Of a stretch of 64,000 nucleotides of DNA, positions 18,276 through 27,379 are shown piece by piece. Each line of letters opens with the position of its first letter. Position 1 is the stretch's first letter. The position numbers and the translations under genes are program-made. Origin of the DNA: Verrucomicrobiales bacterium (GTDB lineage Bacteria > Verrucomicrobiota > Verrucomicrobiia > Verrucomicrobiales > DEV007); assembly GCA_040905585.1 (NCBI GenBank), contig JBBDRG010000011.1, positions 95,249 to 159,248 on the forward strand. Reading direction: 5' to 3'. Under the pieces are notes generated by a model. That model made no database searches. It saw only the letters and a list, made by a program, of their open reading frames with translations, and was not told the origin of the DNA.

Positions 18276-20810
18276 ATGAGAGCTGTAATCCTTGCAACCA
18301 CGCTCGCCCTGAGCGCGGTCATTGACAGCGGCGGGGCAGCCGAGCCGGTGGAGGTTGCCCTCGCCGAGGGCGGGCGAACCCGTCACGCGGTGGTGATCGG
18401 TCCCGGGGCGACCGAGCGCACCAAGGAGGCGGCGCGGGACTTGGCCGGGTATCTGGAACGCATCAGCGGCGCGACCTTCGAGGTGCGCGTCGGCGATGGC
18501 ACCACGGGCCTGGCGGTGGGCGAGGTCGGCGATTTCCCCGCCTTGGATCTCGACGCGGACTTCGAGCCCGAGGACCCGTTCCGCCGCGACGATTACCTGC
18601 TGCGCACGCACGAGGACGGCGCCTACCTGATCGGCGCCGGTGAACTGGCGATCCATCTGGCGGTCTGGGATTTTCTGCATCGCTTGGGCTACCGGCTCTA
18701 TTTTCTCACCGACACGTGGGAAATCGTGCCGGAGCGCACCGATCTGGCGGTGGCGCTCGATACGTTCGAGCAGCCCGATTACGTCACCCGCCAGGCTCCG
18801 CGCGGCGCGCCGTGGAGCGATCTCGGTTTGTGGAATCGCTGGCGGCTGCGCAACCGTGTCGACGCCTCGTTTTCCCTCCAGACGGGCCACGTCTACGGCC
18901 GAATCATCCAGGCCAACCGGGAAGCGTTCGACGAGAACCCCGACTACTACGCTTTGGTCGACGGGGAACGCAAGGACGGCGGCGCCAATACGAAATTCTG
19001 CATCAGCAACCAAGGCTTGCGGCAACTGGTGATCGACTGGGCCGTGCGCGAGACGGAGGACAATCCCGAGCGGGACAGCCTCTCGATGGATCCGTCAGAC
19101 GGCGGCAACTGGTGCGAATGCGAAGACTGCGCTGCGATGGGAAGCGTCAGCGATTTGGCGATCACGCTGGCGAACGAAGTGGCCGAGGCCATCAACGATC
19201 TCGGCCTGGGCTCCAGGTACGTCGGCATCTACGGTTACAACCAGCACAGTCCCCCACCGAACATCGAGGTGCATCCGAACGTGGTCGTCAGCGTGGCGAC
19301 CAGCTTTATCCGCGGCGGCTACACGGTCGAGGAACTGGTCGAGGGCTGGCGGGCACGGGGCGCGACGCTGGGCATCCGCGACTACCACGGCGTATTCACC
19401 TGGAACCACGACGGCCCTCGCGAAGCCCGCGGCGGGGATCTGGAATACCTCCGTCGCACCATTCCCTACTTTCACGGGCAGGGCGCGCGCTTCATGAACT
19501 CGGAGAATGGCGACAGTTGGGGCGCCGACGGCCTCGGCTTCTGGATGACGCCGCGGATGCTGTGGGACCTCGACGAGGCCGACCGCGTCGACGAACTGGT
19601 CGAGGACTTTCTGGGCAAAGCCTTCGGTTCGGCGAGGAAGCCCATGGGCGAGTTCTACCACTTGCTCAATCTCGATCACGACTCGGTGCGTTCGAGCGAG
19701 GATGTCGTCGCCCGCCTCTATCGCCATCTCGACGAAGCCCGGCAGCTCGCGGACGATCCCGCCGTTCGCGAACGGCTCGCCGACCTGGTCCTTTACACTC
19801 GCTATCTGGAACTCTACTACGCCTACCGGCAGGCCGACGGCGCCGCGCGGCAGGCGGCCTTCGAACAGGTCTGGCGTCACGCCTACCGCATGCGCGATCG
19901 GATGATGCTCTCCACCGTGGCCATCTGTCACCGGGGGCGCGCCTATCGCGACCCTTCGGTCGAGGTGCCCGCGGAAGCGCATTGGAATGTGCCCGAAGAG
20001 GAGAACCCGTGGAAGAGCGGCGAGCCGTTCGGGGAGGGGGAAATCGCGGAGGTGCTCGAAGCGGGAATCGAGGCCAATCAACCGACGGTGCTGGATTTCG
20101 AGCAGACCGCCTACAGCGAGGACTTGGTGCCGGCCACTCGCTTGAACCTGCCGGAGGTGGAGCCGGGCAGTCGGCCCGATCAGTTCCGAGGGCGGCAATC
20201 CTTCCACACGTGGCTTCCTGCAGATCGGGGGCGGATCGAGTTGCAGGTCACCGGCGGCCTGATCGCCCATTACCGCGACCGGGGCAACGTGGAGATCGCC
20301 CTCCACGCCGATCAGGAAGCGACGCTCGAACCGGTGGCGCGGGACGACAGCGTGCCGCCGGACGGCGAGGAGCGCACGGTGGTGCTGAGCACGCCCTACG
20401 ACGGGCTGCATAGCCTGGAGTGGAGCGACGGCAACGACATGACGCGGGTCGTCTGGCCGGACGGGCTGCCGTTCACGGTGCGTTCGACGCTGGAGGACCA
20501 GATGAACTTTGTAGGCCGCTGGAGCCTGTACTTCTACGTGCCGCGCGGCACGCGGGTCGTCGGCGGCTACAGCACCGGCACCCAGGGGAAACTGCTCGAC
20601 GGCAGGGGCAACACCGTTTTCTCGTTCGGCGATCTAGGCCAAGCGGACTACTTCAGCGTGCCCGTGCCCGAAGGCCAGGACGGAACGCTCTGGAAATTCG
20701 AGAATTGCAGCGGCCGGCGGATGCTAATGTCCGTCCCGCCCTACTTGGCCCCCAGTGCCGAAGACCTGCTGCTGCCGCGCGAAGTCGTGGAGGCCGACGC
20801 GGGACCATGA
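18276..20810 (+). CDS. DUF4838 domain secreted protein (glycoside-hydrolase-like)
   Basis: Signal peptide at ATG 18276; AARDLAGYLERISGA N-domain, HPDY/NPDYYAL...KFCISN, SMDPSDGGNWCECEDC and YGYNQHSPPP. Confidence 0.8.
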   Translation: MRAVILATTLALSAVIDSGGAAEPVEVALAEGGRTRHAVVIGPGATERTKEAARDLAGYLERISGATFEVRVGDGTTGLAVGEVGDFPALDLDADFEPEDPFRRDDYLLRTHEDGAYLIGAGELAIHLAVWDFLHRLGYRLYFLTDTWEIVPERTDLAVALDTFEQPDYVTRQAPRGAPWSDLGLWNRWRLRNRVDASFSLQTGHVYGRIIQANREAFDENPDYYALVDGERKDGGANTKFCISNQGLRQLVIDWAVRETEDNPERDSLSMDPSDGGNWCECEDCAAMGSVSDLAITLANEVAEAINDLGLGSRYVGIYGYNQHSPPPNIEVHPNVVVSVATSFIRGGYTVEELVEGWRARGATLGIRDYHGVFTWNHDGPREARGGDLEYLRRTIPYFHGQGARFMNSENGDSWGADGLGFWMTPRMLWDLDEADRVDELVEDFLGKAFGSARKPMGEFYHLLNLDHDSVRSSEDVVARLYRHLDEARQLADDPAVRERLADLVLYTRYLELYYAYRQADGAARQAAFEQVWRHAYRMRDRMMLSTVAICHRGRAYRDPSVEVPAEAHWNVPEEENPWKSGEPFGEGEIAEVLEAGIEANQPTVLDFEQTAYSEDLVPATRLNLPEVEPGSRPDQFRGRQSFHTWLPADRGRIELQVTGGLIAHYRDRGNVEIALHADQEATLEPVARDDSVPPDGEERTVVLSTPYDGLHSLEWSDGNDMTRVVWPDGLPFTVRSTLEDQMNFVGRWSLYFYVPRGTRVVGGYSTGTQGKLLDGRGNTVFSFGDLGQADYFSVPVPEGQDGTLWKFENCSGRRMLMSVPPYLAPSAEDLLLPREVVEADAGP

Positions 20811-20868
20811 AAGGCTCTTGCCGAACCGTGGTCGACGAACGGAAACCTTCCGACCGCGGCAGGGCGCA

Positions 20869-20893
20869 GGGAGGGCTGAAAAAGCGAATTCCT
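20869..20893. repeat. Dispersed repeat, copy C (inverted)
   Basis: Reverse complement AGGAATTCGCTTTTTCAGCCCTCCC matches the copy A core AGGAAATCGCTTTTTCAATCCTCCC. Confidence 0.55.
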
Positions 20894-20945
20894 GGATTCG
20901 AGCATTCAGTGTAGGATGGGAATCGTCCATCGCTAAAGCGCCGCC

Positions 20946-22400
20946 ATGACAAGCCACTCTCACGACGATTCTCCATGCCCCTCCCGGATTCCGCGTCGCG
21001 CGGCGCTGCGGCAGGGGGCGATCCTGACGGCGGGAGTCTCTTCCCTGTGCGGCTCCGCCCGGCCGCTGCGGGCCGCGACCAAGCGGCCCGAGCTGAACGC
21101 CCGCATTCTCGAGGCGGAGGTGGAGTTCCTCGACCGCACGCTCGACCCGCCCTTGCGGCTCAGTTCCGGAGTGATCACCGAGGTGACCGAAGCCCGCGCC
21201 CGCGTGACGGTTCAAGTCGGCGAAAAACGGGGGATCGGACGGGGGAGCATTTATCTGAGCAATCTCTGGTCGTGGCCCGATCCGGAGATTCCCCACGCCC
21301 GGCGGGACGCGGCGCTCCGGGAGCTCTGCCGCCGGATCTCTCGGGATCTGCCGGGGCTCTGCGGAGACGAACCGGCCCATCCGTTGGAACTCGGCCTGCG
21401 ACTGCACGCGGCCCTGACCGAGGAAGCCGAAGCGTTGCCCGAACGATCGGTGCCGATCGACGATCCACCCGTGCTGGCCCGCGCCCTGTGCGGCAGTCCA
21501 TTCGACGCCGCCATTCACGACGCCGCCGGGCAGGCGCTGGAGCGTTCCGCTTTCGCGTTCTACGAGGAGCCTTTTTCCATCCCGAGCGCGGACGAGGCCT
21601 TCCCCGACGAAGGGGCTTGCGGAGCGGTGGCGGGTCTTCTGCGCAAACCGATCACGCGTCTGAAATCCTGGTGGGTCGTGGGGGCGCAGGACGACTTGGA
21701 AGCCGTCGTCGCGCCGGCCGTGCGGAAGCGCGGCGATCGCTGCTTCAAGCTGAAGATCGGCGGCGAGGACCCGGCTGCCGACGCCGATCGGACCGTGGAG
21801 GTGTTTCGGTTCGTCAGGACACTGGGAATCGCGCGTCCCCGGTTGATCGCCGACAGCAACCAGGGGACTCCGGATGCCGACAGCGTCGCGGAGTACCTGG
21901 AGCGGATCCGTGCCGCCGATCCGGAAGCGTTTGCCGCTTTGCTCTATCTGGAGCAGCCGACGGGGCGGGACATCGAGAAGTCGGCCTACGGCTGGACCGC
22001 CGTCACCCGCCTCAAGCCGGTCTTCCTGGACGAAGGGCTGATTCATCCCCGTCTTTCGCCGTTCCGCCTGTTCGAGACGGCCCGCGACCAAGGCTGGAGC
22101 GGTTTTGCTCTCAAGACCTGCAAGGGACACAGCTTCACGCTGGTGGCCGCCGCCTGGGCCAAACGGCACGGGCTCGAGATCTCGCTTCAGGATCTGACGA
22201 ATCCCGGACTGGCGGCGATCCACGCGGCCCTGCTGGCGGCGCACGTCCCTTTCGTGAACGAAGTGGAACTGAACTCGCCCCAGTTCACCCCCGGCGCCAA
22301 CCGGGAATGGCTCCCCCGTCTAAGCGGCCTGTTCGAGCCGCGCGGCGGGCGGCACCGGCTCGATTTTCCGATCCCGAACGGTCTCGGGTCGACGCTGTGA
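20946..22400 (+). CDS. Enolase-superfamily (mandelate racemase/MLE-like) enzyme with Tat-like leader
   Basis: RIPRRAALRQG leader; CFKLKIGG (KxK), ADSNQG, YLEQP, FLDEG metal ligands and ALKTCKG. Confidence 0.8.
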   Translation: MTSHSHDDSPCPSRIPRRAALRQGAILTAGVSSLCGSARPLRAATKRPELNARILEAEVEFLDRTLDPPLRLSSGVITEVTEARARVTVQVGEKRGIGRGSIYLSNLWSWPDPEIPHARRDAALRELCRRISRDLPGLCGDEPAHPLELGLRLHAALTEEAEALPERSVPIDDPPVLARALCGSPFDAAIHDAAGQALERSAFAFYEEPFSIPSADEAFPDEGACGAVAGLLRKPITRLKSWWVVGAQDDLEAVVAPAVRKRGDRCFKLKIGGEDPAADADRTVEVFRFVRTLGIARPRLIADSNQGTPDADSVAEYLERIRAADPEAFAALLYLEQPTGRDIEKSAYGWTAVTRLKPVFLDEGLIHPRLSPFRLFETARDQGWSGFALKTCKGHSFTLVAAAWAKRHGLEISLQDLTNPGLAAIHAALLAAHVPFVNEVELNSPQFTPGANREWLPRLSGLFEPRGGRHRLDFPIPNGLGSTL

Positions 22401-22537
22401 GCGGGCGACCCGGGGGCTTCGGGAGAAGATCTCGCGAAAACGGCGCAGCGCCCCGTTCCTTCTATCGGCCCGCGACTCCTTCGCGTCGCGAGTTTGTCAT
22501 CGACAGGCTCGCGACGCTTGAGGAAACTGGAGCCCTT

Positions 22538-22762
22538 ATGAATCCAACGACCATTACCAACATCGACATTCCCTTCGGCCGCCTCGTGGCCATCATTCTG
22601 AAAGTGATCCTCGCCTCCATACCGGCGGTTCTGCTTCTCTACCTCATCCTGGCGGTCATCAGCTTCATCGTTTTCGCGATCCTCGGTGGGGTGTGGGGGC
22701 TGTCGGGCGCCGGGGCCGAATGGCTGAAGAACCTCGAGGGGGCCGGCCCCCAGGCTCCCTGA
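22538..22762 (+). CDS. Small membrane protein (74 aa)
   Basis: MNPTTITNIDIPFGRLVAIILKVILASIPAVLLLYLILAVISFIVFAILGG, with two hydrophobic stretches and a purine-rich stretch upstream. Confidence 0.7.
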   Translation: MNPTTITNIDIPFGRLVAIILKVILASIPAVLLLYLILAVISFIVFAILGGVWGLSGAGAEWLKNLEGAGPQAP

Positions 22763-22916
22763 TTCAACCCTGTCCGGTCGTCGTCTCGACCCCCTTCGAT
22801 CCTTCCCGCCCAAGACCGGATCGCGGCGGCCGGGCCGTCCATCGCCTGAAGAGGGACTGGACGGTCCGCCTTCCCCATCCGAGCTTTGGGGAACCTCCGA
22901 CGTTTCGATTCGACCC

Positions 22917-25900
22917 ATGATTTCACGCTTTCGCTTCTCGATCTTTCTCGCGCTTCTCCTGCTGGCGGCCGTTTTTCAACCCGCCGTCGCCGAAGACAAG
23001 CCGCATGCCGTATTCGTCGTCGGGACGCCGCACTACAACCCCGCCGCTTCGATGCCGCCGCTGGCCGAGCAGCTCGAAGAGACCTTCGGCTGGGAAACCA
23101 CGGTCCTGTCGACGGACTACAATCCCGAAAAGGACTCCAGGGGCATTCCCGGCCTCGAGGCTCTCGAAACCGCCGATCTCGCCGTTTTCTACCTGCGTTT
23201 CCTCACCTTGCCGCCGGAGCAGTTCGCCCACCTCGAAGCCTATTTGAAATCCGGCAAGCCAGTGGTCGCTCTCCGCACCAGCAGTCACGCCTTCGCCTAT
23301 CCGGAAGATTCGCCGCTCGCCGAGTGGAACGACGCCTTCGGGAAGCGGGCCATGGGAACGAAGTATTTCATCCACGGGGAAGGAATCACGTGGGTCAGCA
23401 AAGCCGCGGAACACGAAATCCTGACGGGCGTCGACCTGGATCTCGCCCGCGAGGCCTCCGGCACGCTCTACCTGTCGGAGTTGCCGGACGAAGCCACCGT
23501 TCTTCTCGAGGGCACGGGCGCCTTCCGCAGGACGGGCACCGTCACCAATGCCTTCGGCACCCACGAGCTCGAAGCGGAAATGACGGACGACGTGGCCTGG
23601 ATCTGGACCAACGAGTGGGGCGGTCGCGTGTTCGGCACGACCCTGGGGCATCCGACCACGCTGTCCGATCCCAACTGGGTGCGCCTCCTGATCAACGGCA
23701 TGCACTGGGCGGCGGGCCAACCGGTCCCCGACGCCGACGCCAAAGTCGAGCCGATCGAAGCCGACCCGGAGGACACCCAGTACGCCGTTCCGGTTCCCAC
23801 GCCGGAACCGGAGAAGAAAAAGATCCCGGCATCGAAACGCCAGACGGGGGCGAAAGCCGACGCCGGCATGCCCCCGATCGACGACCGCCGGAATCCCCGC
23901 GTGAAGAACGAAAAGGACGCGAAATGGAAGGTCGCCGACAAGCCCGAACCCGAACGCGATCCCGCTCTCGCCGATCACGGCATCTACGCCGAGAACGCGC
24001 CCACCCCGGAAAGAACCGCGCCGGTGGCGACCGCGTTGCCGTTGAAGCTGGAGAAAGGCGATCGCATCGCCTTCATCGGGAACACCCTTTTCGACCGGGC
24101 CCAGAATTTCGGCTGGTTCGAGTCGTCGCTCTATCTCGCTCATCCGGAGCACGATCTCGTCATTCGCAACTTCGCGTGGTCGGCCGACGAGATCGACCTG
24201 CAGCCGCGCCCGGACAATTTCGCCACGGTGAAACAGCATCTCACCCGGGAAAAAATCGACGTCGTTTTCGCCGCCTTCGGCTACAACGAGAGCTTCGACG
24301 GGATCGAGGCGATCGACAGTTTCAAGGCGCGCCTCGCCACTTGGCTGATCGATCTCAAGACGAGCGCCTTCAACGGCGAGTCCGGCCCGCGCCTCGTGCT
24401 GGTCTCGCCGATCGCCAACGAAAACGTCGAGGGCGTTCCCGCCGCCGATCTCAACAACGAGCGCCTCGCCGCCTACACCAAAGCCATGGCCGAAGTCGCC
24501 GCCGAGCAGGAAGTCGGGTTCGCCGACGTATTCGAGACGACCCGTGCCGCCATGGCCGACGACGAATCGAGCCTGACCTTCAACGGCGCCCACTTGGTCG
24601 AGGAGGGCTACGAACGGTTGGCGGGGCACTTGTTCAGCGAGGTCTTCGGCACTTCGGCACCCGACCCGAACGCCGCGCTCCGCGAGGTCGTCGTCGACAA
24701 GAACCGCCAGTTTTTTCGCCGCTACCGGCCGCTCAACACGTTCTACTACACCGGCGGACGCAGCAAGGACCACGGCTACCTCGATTTCCTCCCGGCGATG
24801 CGGAACTTCGACATCATGACCGCCAACCGCGAAAAGCGGGCCTGGGAAATCGTGCGGAGCCAGAGCGCCGGCGTCGATTCGCCGGGCGACGCTTCGCCGG
24901 GCGACGCTTCGGCGATCGACGACTCGAACGTGCCGCCGCTAGACGACGTCGTCGAATCCATGGGCGCCAACGAGTGGCTCTCGCCCGCGGACGAACTGGC
25001 GGCCTTCCGCGTCGACCCGCGCTTCGAAGTGAACCTTTTCGCCAGCGAAGAAGAGTTCCCCGACATTGCCAATCCCATCCAGATGCGCTGGGACGCCCAA
25101 GGCCGCCTCTGGGTGAGTTGCTCCACCACCTACCCGCACGTCTACCCCGGGCAGGAGCCGAACGACAAAATCGTCATCCTCGAGGATACCGCCGGCGACG
25201 GCAAGGCCGACAAATCGACCGTCTGGGCGGACGACGTCCACATTCCGCTCTCGTTCGAATTGTACCAAGACGGCATCTACGTTTCCGAGGAGCCCCACCT
25301 TAGCCTCCTGCGCGACACCGACGGCGACGGCAAGGCCGACTGGCGGCGGCACGTCTCCACCGGCTTCGGCACCGAGGATTCCCACCACGCCCTCCACGAC
25401 TTCGTCTGGACGCCCGACGGCGAACTGCTCTTCCGCGAGTCCATCTTCCACAACTCCCAGGTCGAGACGCCCTACGGACCCGTTCGCGCGAAAAACTCCG
25501 CCTGGTTCCAGTTCCGGCCCGTCACCCAGAAACTCGTCACCTTCGGGGCCTATCCGAACACCAACCCCTGGGGCGTCACCTTCGACGACTGGGGAAATCA
25601 CGTCGCCAGCCACCCCATCTTCGCCAGCGCCTTCCACGCCACCAACCCGCCCTATCCCGAGCAGCACCCCAAGGCCGTCGGCATCCCCGCCTACTCAGGC
25701 GTGTGCGGGCACGAGTTCGTCGACTTTCCATCCTGGCCCGAGGAAATGCAGGGCGGCTTCGTCAAGGCGCGCTACAAGCCCACCAACAGCATCGAGTTCC
25801 ACCGCTGGGTCGAAAAGGACGACCACTTCGCCGAGGAGTACGTCGGCGACCTGATCTTCTCCGAGAACCTCAGCTTCATTCCCGTCGATGTGAAATACGG

Positions 25901-27116
25901 GCCCCGGGGCGCCATGTACATCTGCGACTGGTACAACCCCGTCAAGGGCCATGCCCAGTACTCCCTGCGCGACCCCCGCCGCGACCGCGAGAGCGGCCGC
26001 ATCTGGCGGATCGTGCCGAAGGGCGCCGAGCTGTCCGATCCCCCGCGGATCGCCGACGCCGCCGTGCCCGAACTGCTCGACAACCTGAAGCGGCGCGAAT
26101 ACCGCTACCGCTACTGGACTCGCCGCGAACTCCGCGACGCCTACTCCGCCGAGGCCGTGGCCGTGGCCGCCGCGACCGACCAGTGGCTCGCCGACCTCGA
26201 CCCCGACGACGAGCGCTACCGCCATCACCAGGTCGAGGCCATGTGGCTTTACCGCAGCCTCGGCGAAAGCCGGCCCGACCTTCTCGCCGAACTCCTCGAG
26301 TGCGACCAGCACCTCGCCCGCGCCGCCGTCACCCGCCTGCTGCGCTACCCCGCCGGAGACACCGGCCGCACCCTCTGGCAGGAAGGCCTCGCCGACAACG
26401 GACTCTCCCTCGACCGCAACCTCGCGTTCCTCGAAGACCGCGCCAACGACGAGAACGGCCTGGTCCGGCTCGAAGCCGTCGTCGCCGCCAGCTACGTCGG
26501 CACCCGGGAGGCGCTGGAAGCCATCGTCGGCGTCTTCGACCACCCCGTGGGCACCCATCTCGGCTACGCCGTCACGACCGCCCTCGGCTCCGAAGCCCTG
26601 GCCAAGCACTGGAAGGACGATCCCGACTTCCAACGGGACCATCCCCGCTTGACCGAGTTCATGAAAGTGAAGCCCGACGCGGGCAGGATCACCATCGCCA
26701 AGCCCACCCCCTCTGAGCGGAAATTCGACCGGCAGAAGAATCTCGAGGAAGTCGAGATCCGATGCGTTCCGGAGCGTTTGCTCTTCGACGTCACCCGCAT
26801 CGAAGTCGTCGCGGGCCAGCCCGTGAAAATCGTTCTTTTCAACCCGGACGCCACCCAGCACAACCTCGTCGTGGTCGAGCCCGGCGCCTTGGAGGAAGTC
26901 GGCCTGGCCGGCAACGAAATGGCCAAGGACCCGGGCGGACTCGCCAAGGGGTTCATTCCCGACTCGCCCAAGATTCTCCACCACACCGCCCTGCTCGAGC
27001 CCGACACCGCCGAGGCCCTTCGCTTCCACGCCCCGAAGACGCCCGGTACCTATCCCTACCTCTGCACCTTTCCCGGTCACTGGTTCGTGATGAAAGGCGA
27101 GATGATCGTGGAGTGA
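22917..27116 (+). CDS. Multidomain secreted protein: ThuA-like + SGNH/GDSL + PVC-type sorbosone-dehydrogenase-like propeller + HEAT-like + C-terminal cupredoxin
   Basis: GGRVFGTTLGH (ThuA), RIAFIGNT/FGYNES/NGAHL (SGNH), LFASEEEFPDIANPIQMRWDAQGRLWV, DTDGDGKAD and HNLVVV...CTFPGHWFVM (type-1 Cu ligands). Confidence 0.85.
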   Translation: MISRFRFSIFLALLLLAAVFQPAVAEDKPHAVFVVGTPHYNPAASMPPLAEQLEETFGWETTVLSTDYNPEKDSRGIPGLEALETADLAVFYLRFLTLPPEQFAHLEAYLKSGKPVVALRTSSHAFAYPEDSPLAEWNDAFGKRAMGTKYFIHGEGITWVSKAAEHEILTGVDLDLAREASGTLYLSELPDEATVLLEGTGAFRRTGTVTNAFGTHELEAEMTDDVAWIWTNEWGGRVFGTTLGHPTTLSDPNWVRLLINGMHWAAGQPVPDADAKVEPIEADPEDTQYAVPVPTPEPEKKKIPASKRQTGAKADAGMPPIDDRRNPRVKNEKDAKWKVADKPEPERDPALADHGIYAENAPTPERTAPVATALPLKLEKGDRIAFIGNTLFDRAQNFGWFESSLYLAHPEHDLVIRNFAWSADEIDLQPRPDNFATVKQHLTREKIDVVFAAFGYNESFDGIEAIDSFKARLATWLIDLKTSAFNGESGPRLVLVSPIANENVEGVPAADLNNERLAAYTKAMAEVAAEQEVGFADVFETTRAAMADDESSLTFNGAHLVEEGYERLAGHLFSEVFGTSAPDPNAALREVVVDKNRQFFRRYRPLNTFYYTGGRSKDHGYLDFLPAMRNFDIMTANREKRAWEIVRSQSAGVDSPGDASPGDASAIDDSNVPPLDDVVESMGANEWLSPADELAAFRVDPRFEVNLFASEEEFPDIANPIQMRWDAQGRLWVSCSTTYPHVYPGQEPNDKIVILEDTAGDGKADKSTVWADDVHIPLSFELYQDGIYVSEEPHLSLLRDTDGDGKADWRRHVSTGFGTEDSHHALHDFVWTPDGELLFRESIFHNSQVETPYGPVRAKNSAWFQFRPVTQKLVTFGAYPNTNPWGVTFDDWGNHVASHPIFASAFHATNPPYPEQHPKAVGIPAYSGVCGHEFVDFPSWPEEMQGGFVKARYKPTNSIEFHRWVEKDDHFAEEYVGDLIFSENLSFIPVDVKYGPRGAMYICDWYNPVKGHAQYSLRDPRRDRESGRIWRIVPKGAELSDPPRIADAAVPELLDNLKRREYRYRYWTRRELRDAYSAEAVAVAAATDQWLADLDPDDERYRHHQVEAMWLYRSLGESRPDLLAELLECDQHLARAAVTRLLRYPAGDTGRTLWQEGLADNGLSLDRNLAFLEDRANDENGLVRLEAVVAASYVGTREALEAIVGVFDHPVGTHLGYAVTTALGSEALAKHWKDDPDFQRDHPRLTEFMKVKPDAGRITIAKPTPSERKFDRQKNLEEVEIRCVPERLLFDVTRIEVVAGQPVKIVLFNPDATQHNLVVVEPGALEEVGLAGNEMAKDPGGLAKGFIPDSPKILHHTALLEPDTAEALRFHAPKTPGTYPYLCTFPGHWFVMKGEMIVE

Positions 27117-27379
27117 GGGGGCGGGAGCAGTGCGCCGCCGCGAGAAGGGATGCCGATTCGTCCGTCGAGGGTGGTTCGTCGGAACTTTCACAAGTTCCGC
27201 GGGATTCGACGGGGTGACTCGAAGGAGGTGGCGAAAGAGACGACTCTTCCGGGCGGAGGTCCCGGACCGCGCCGCCACGTTTGCCTCTGTGCCTTCTCCC
27301 TTCCTCCCCCCCCTACGCCGCGAATGCGGGATGGCGGCGACAGGCTCTTCTTCGCTAGCCTCCAGGGAAACATCCACCC

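Noticed and set aside
27181-27198. GGAACTT-TCAC-AAGTTCC palindrome as an ECF promoter or operator
   Set aside because: Single occurrence about 180 bp from the next start, with no matching -10 element or regulator to support it.
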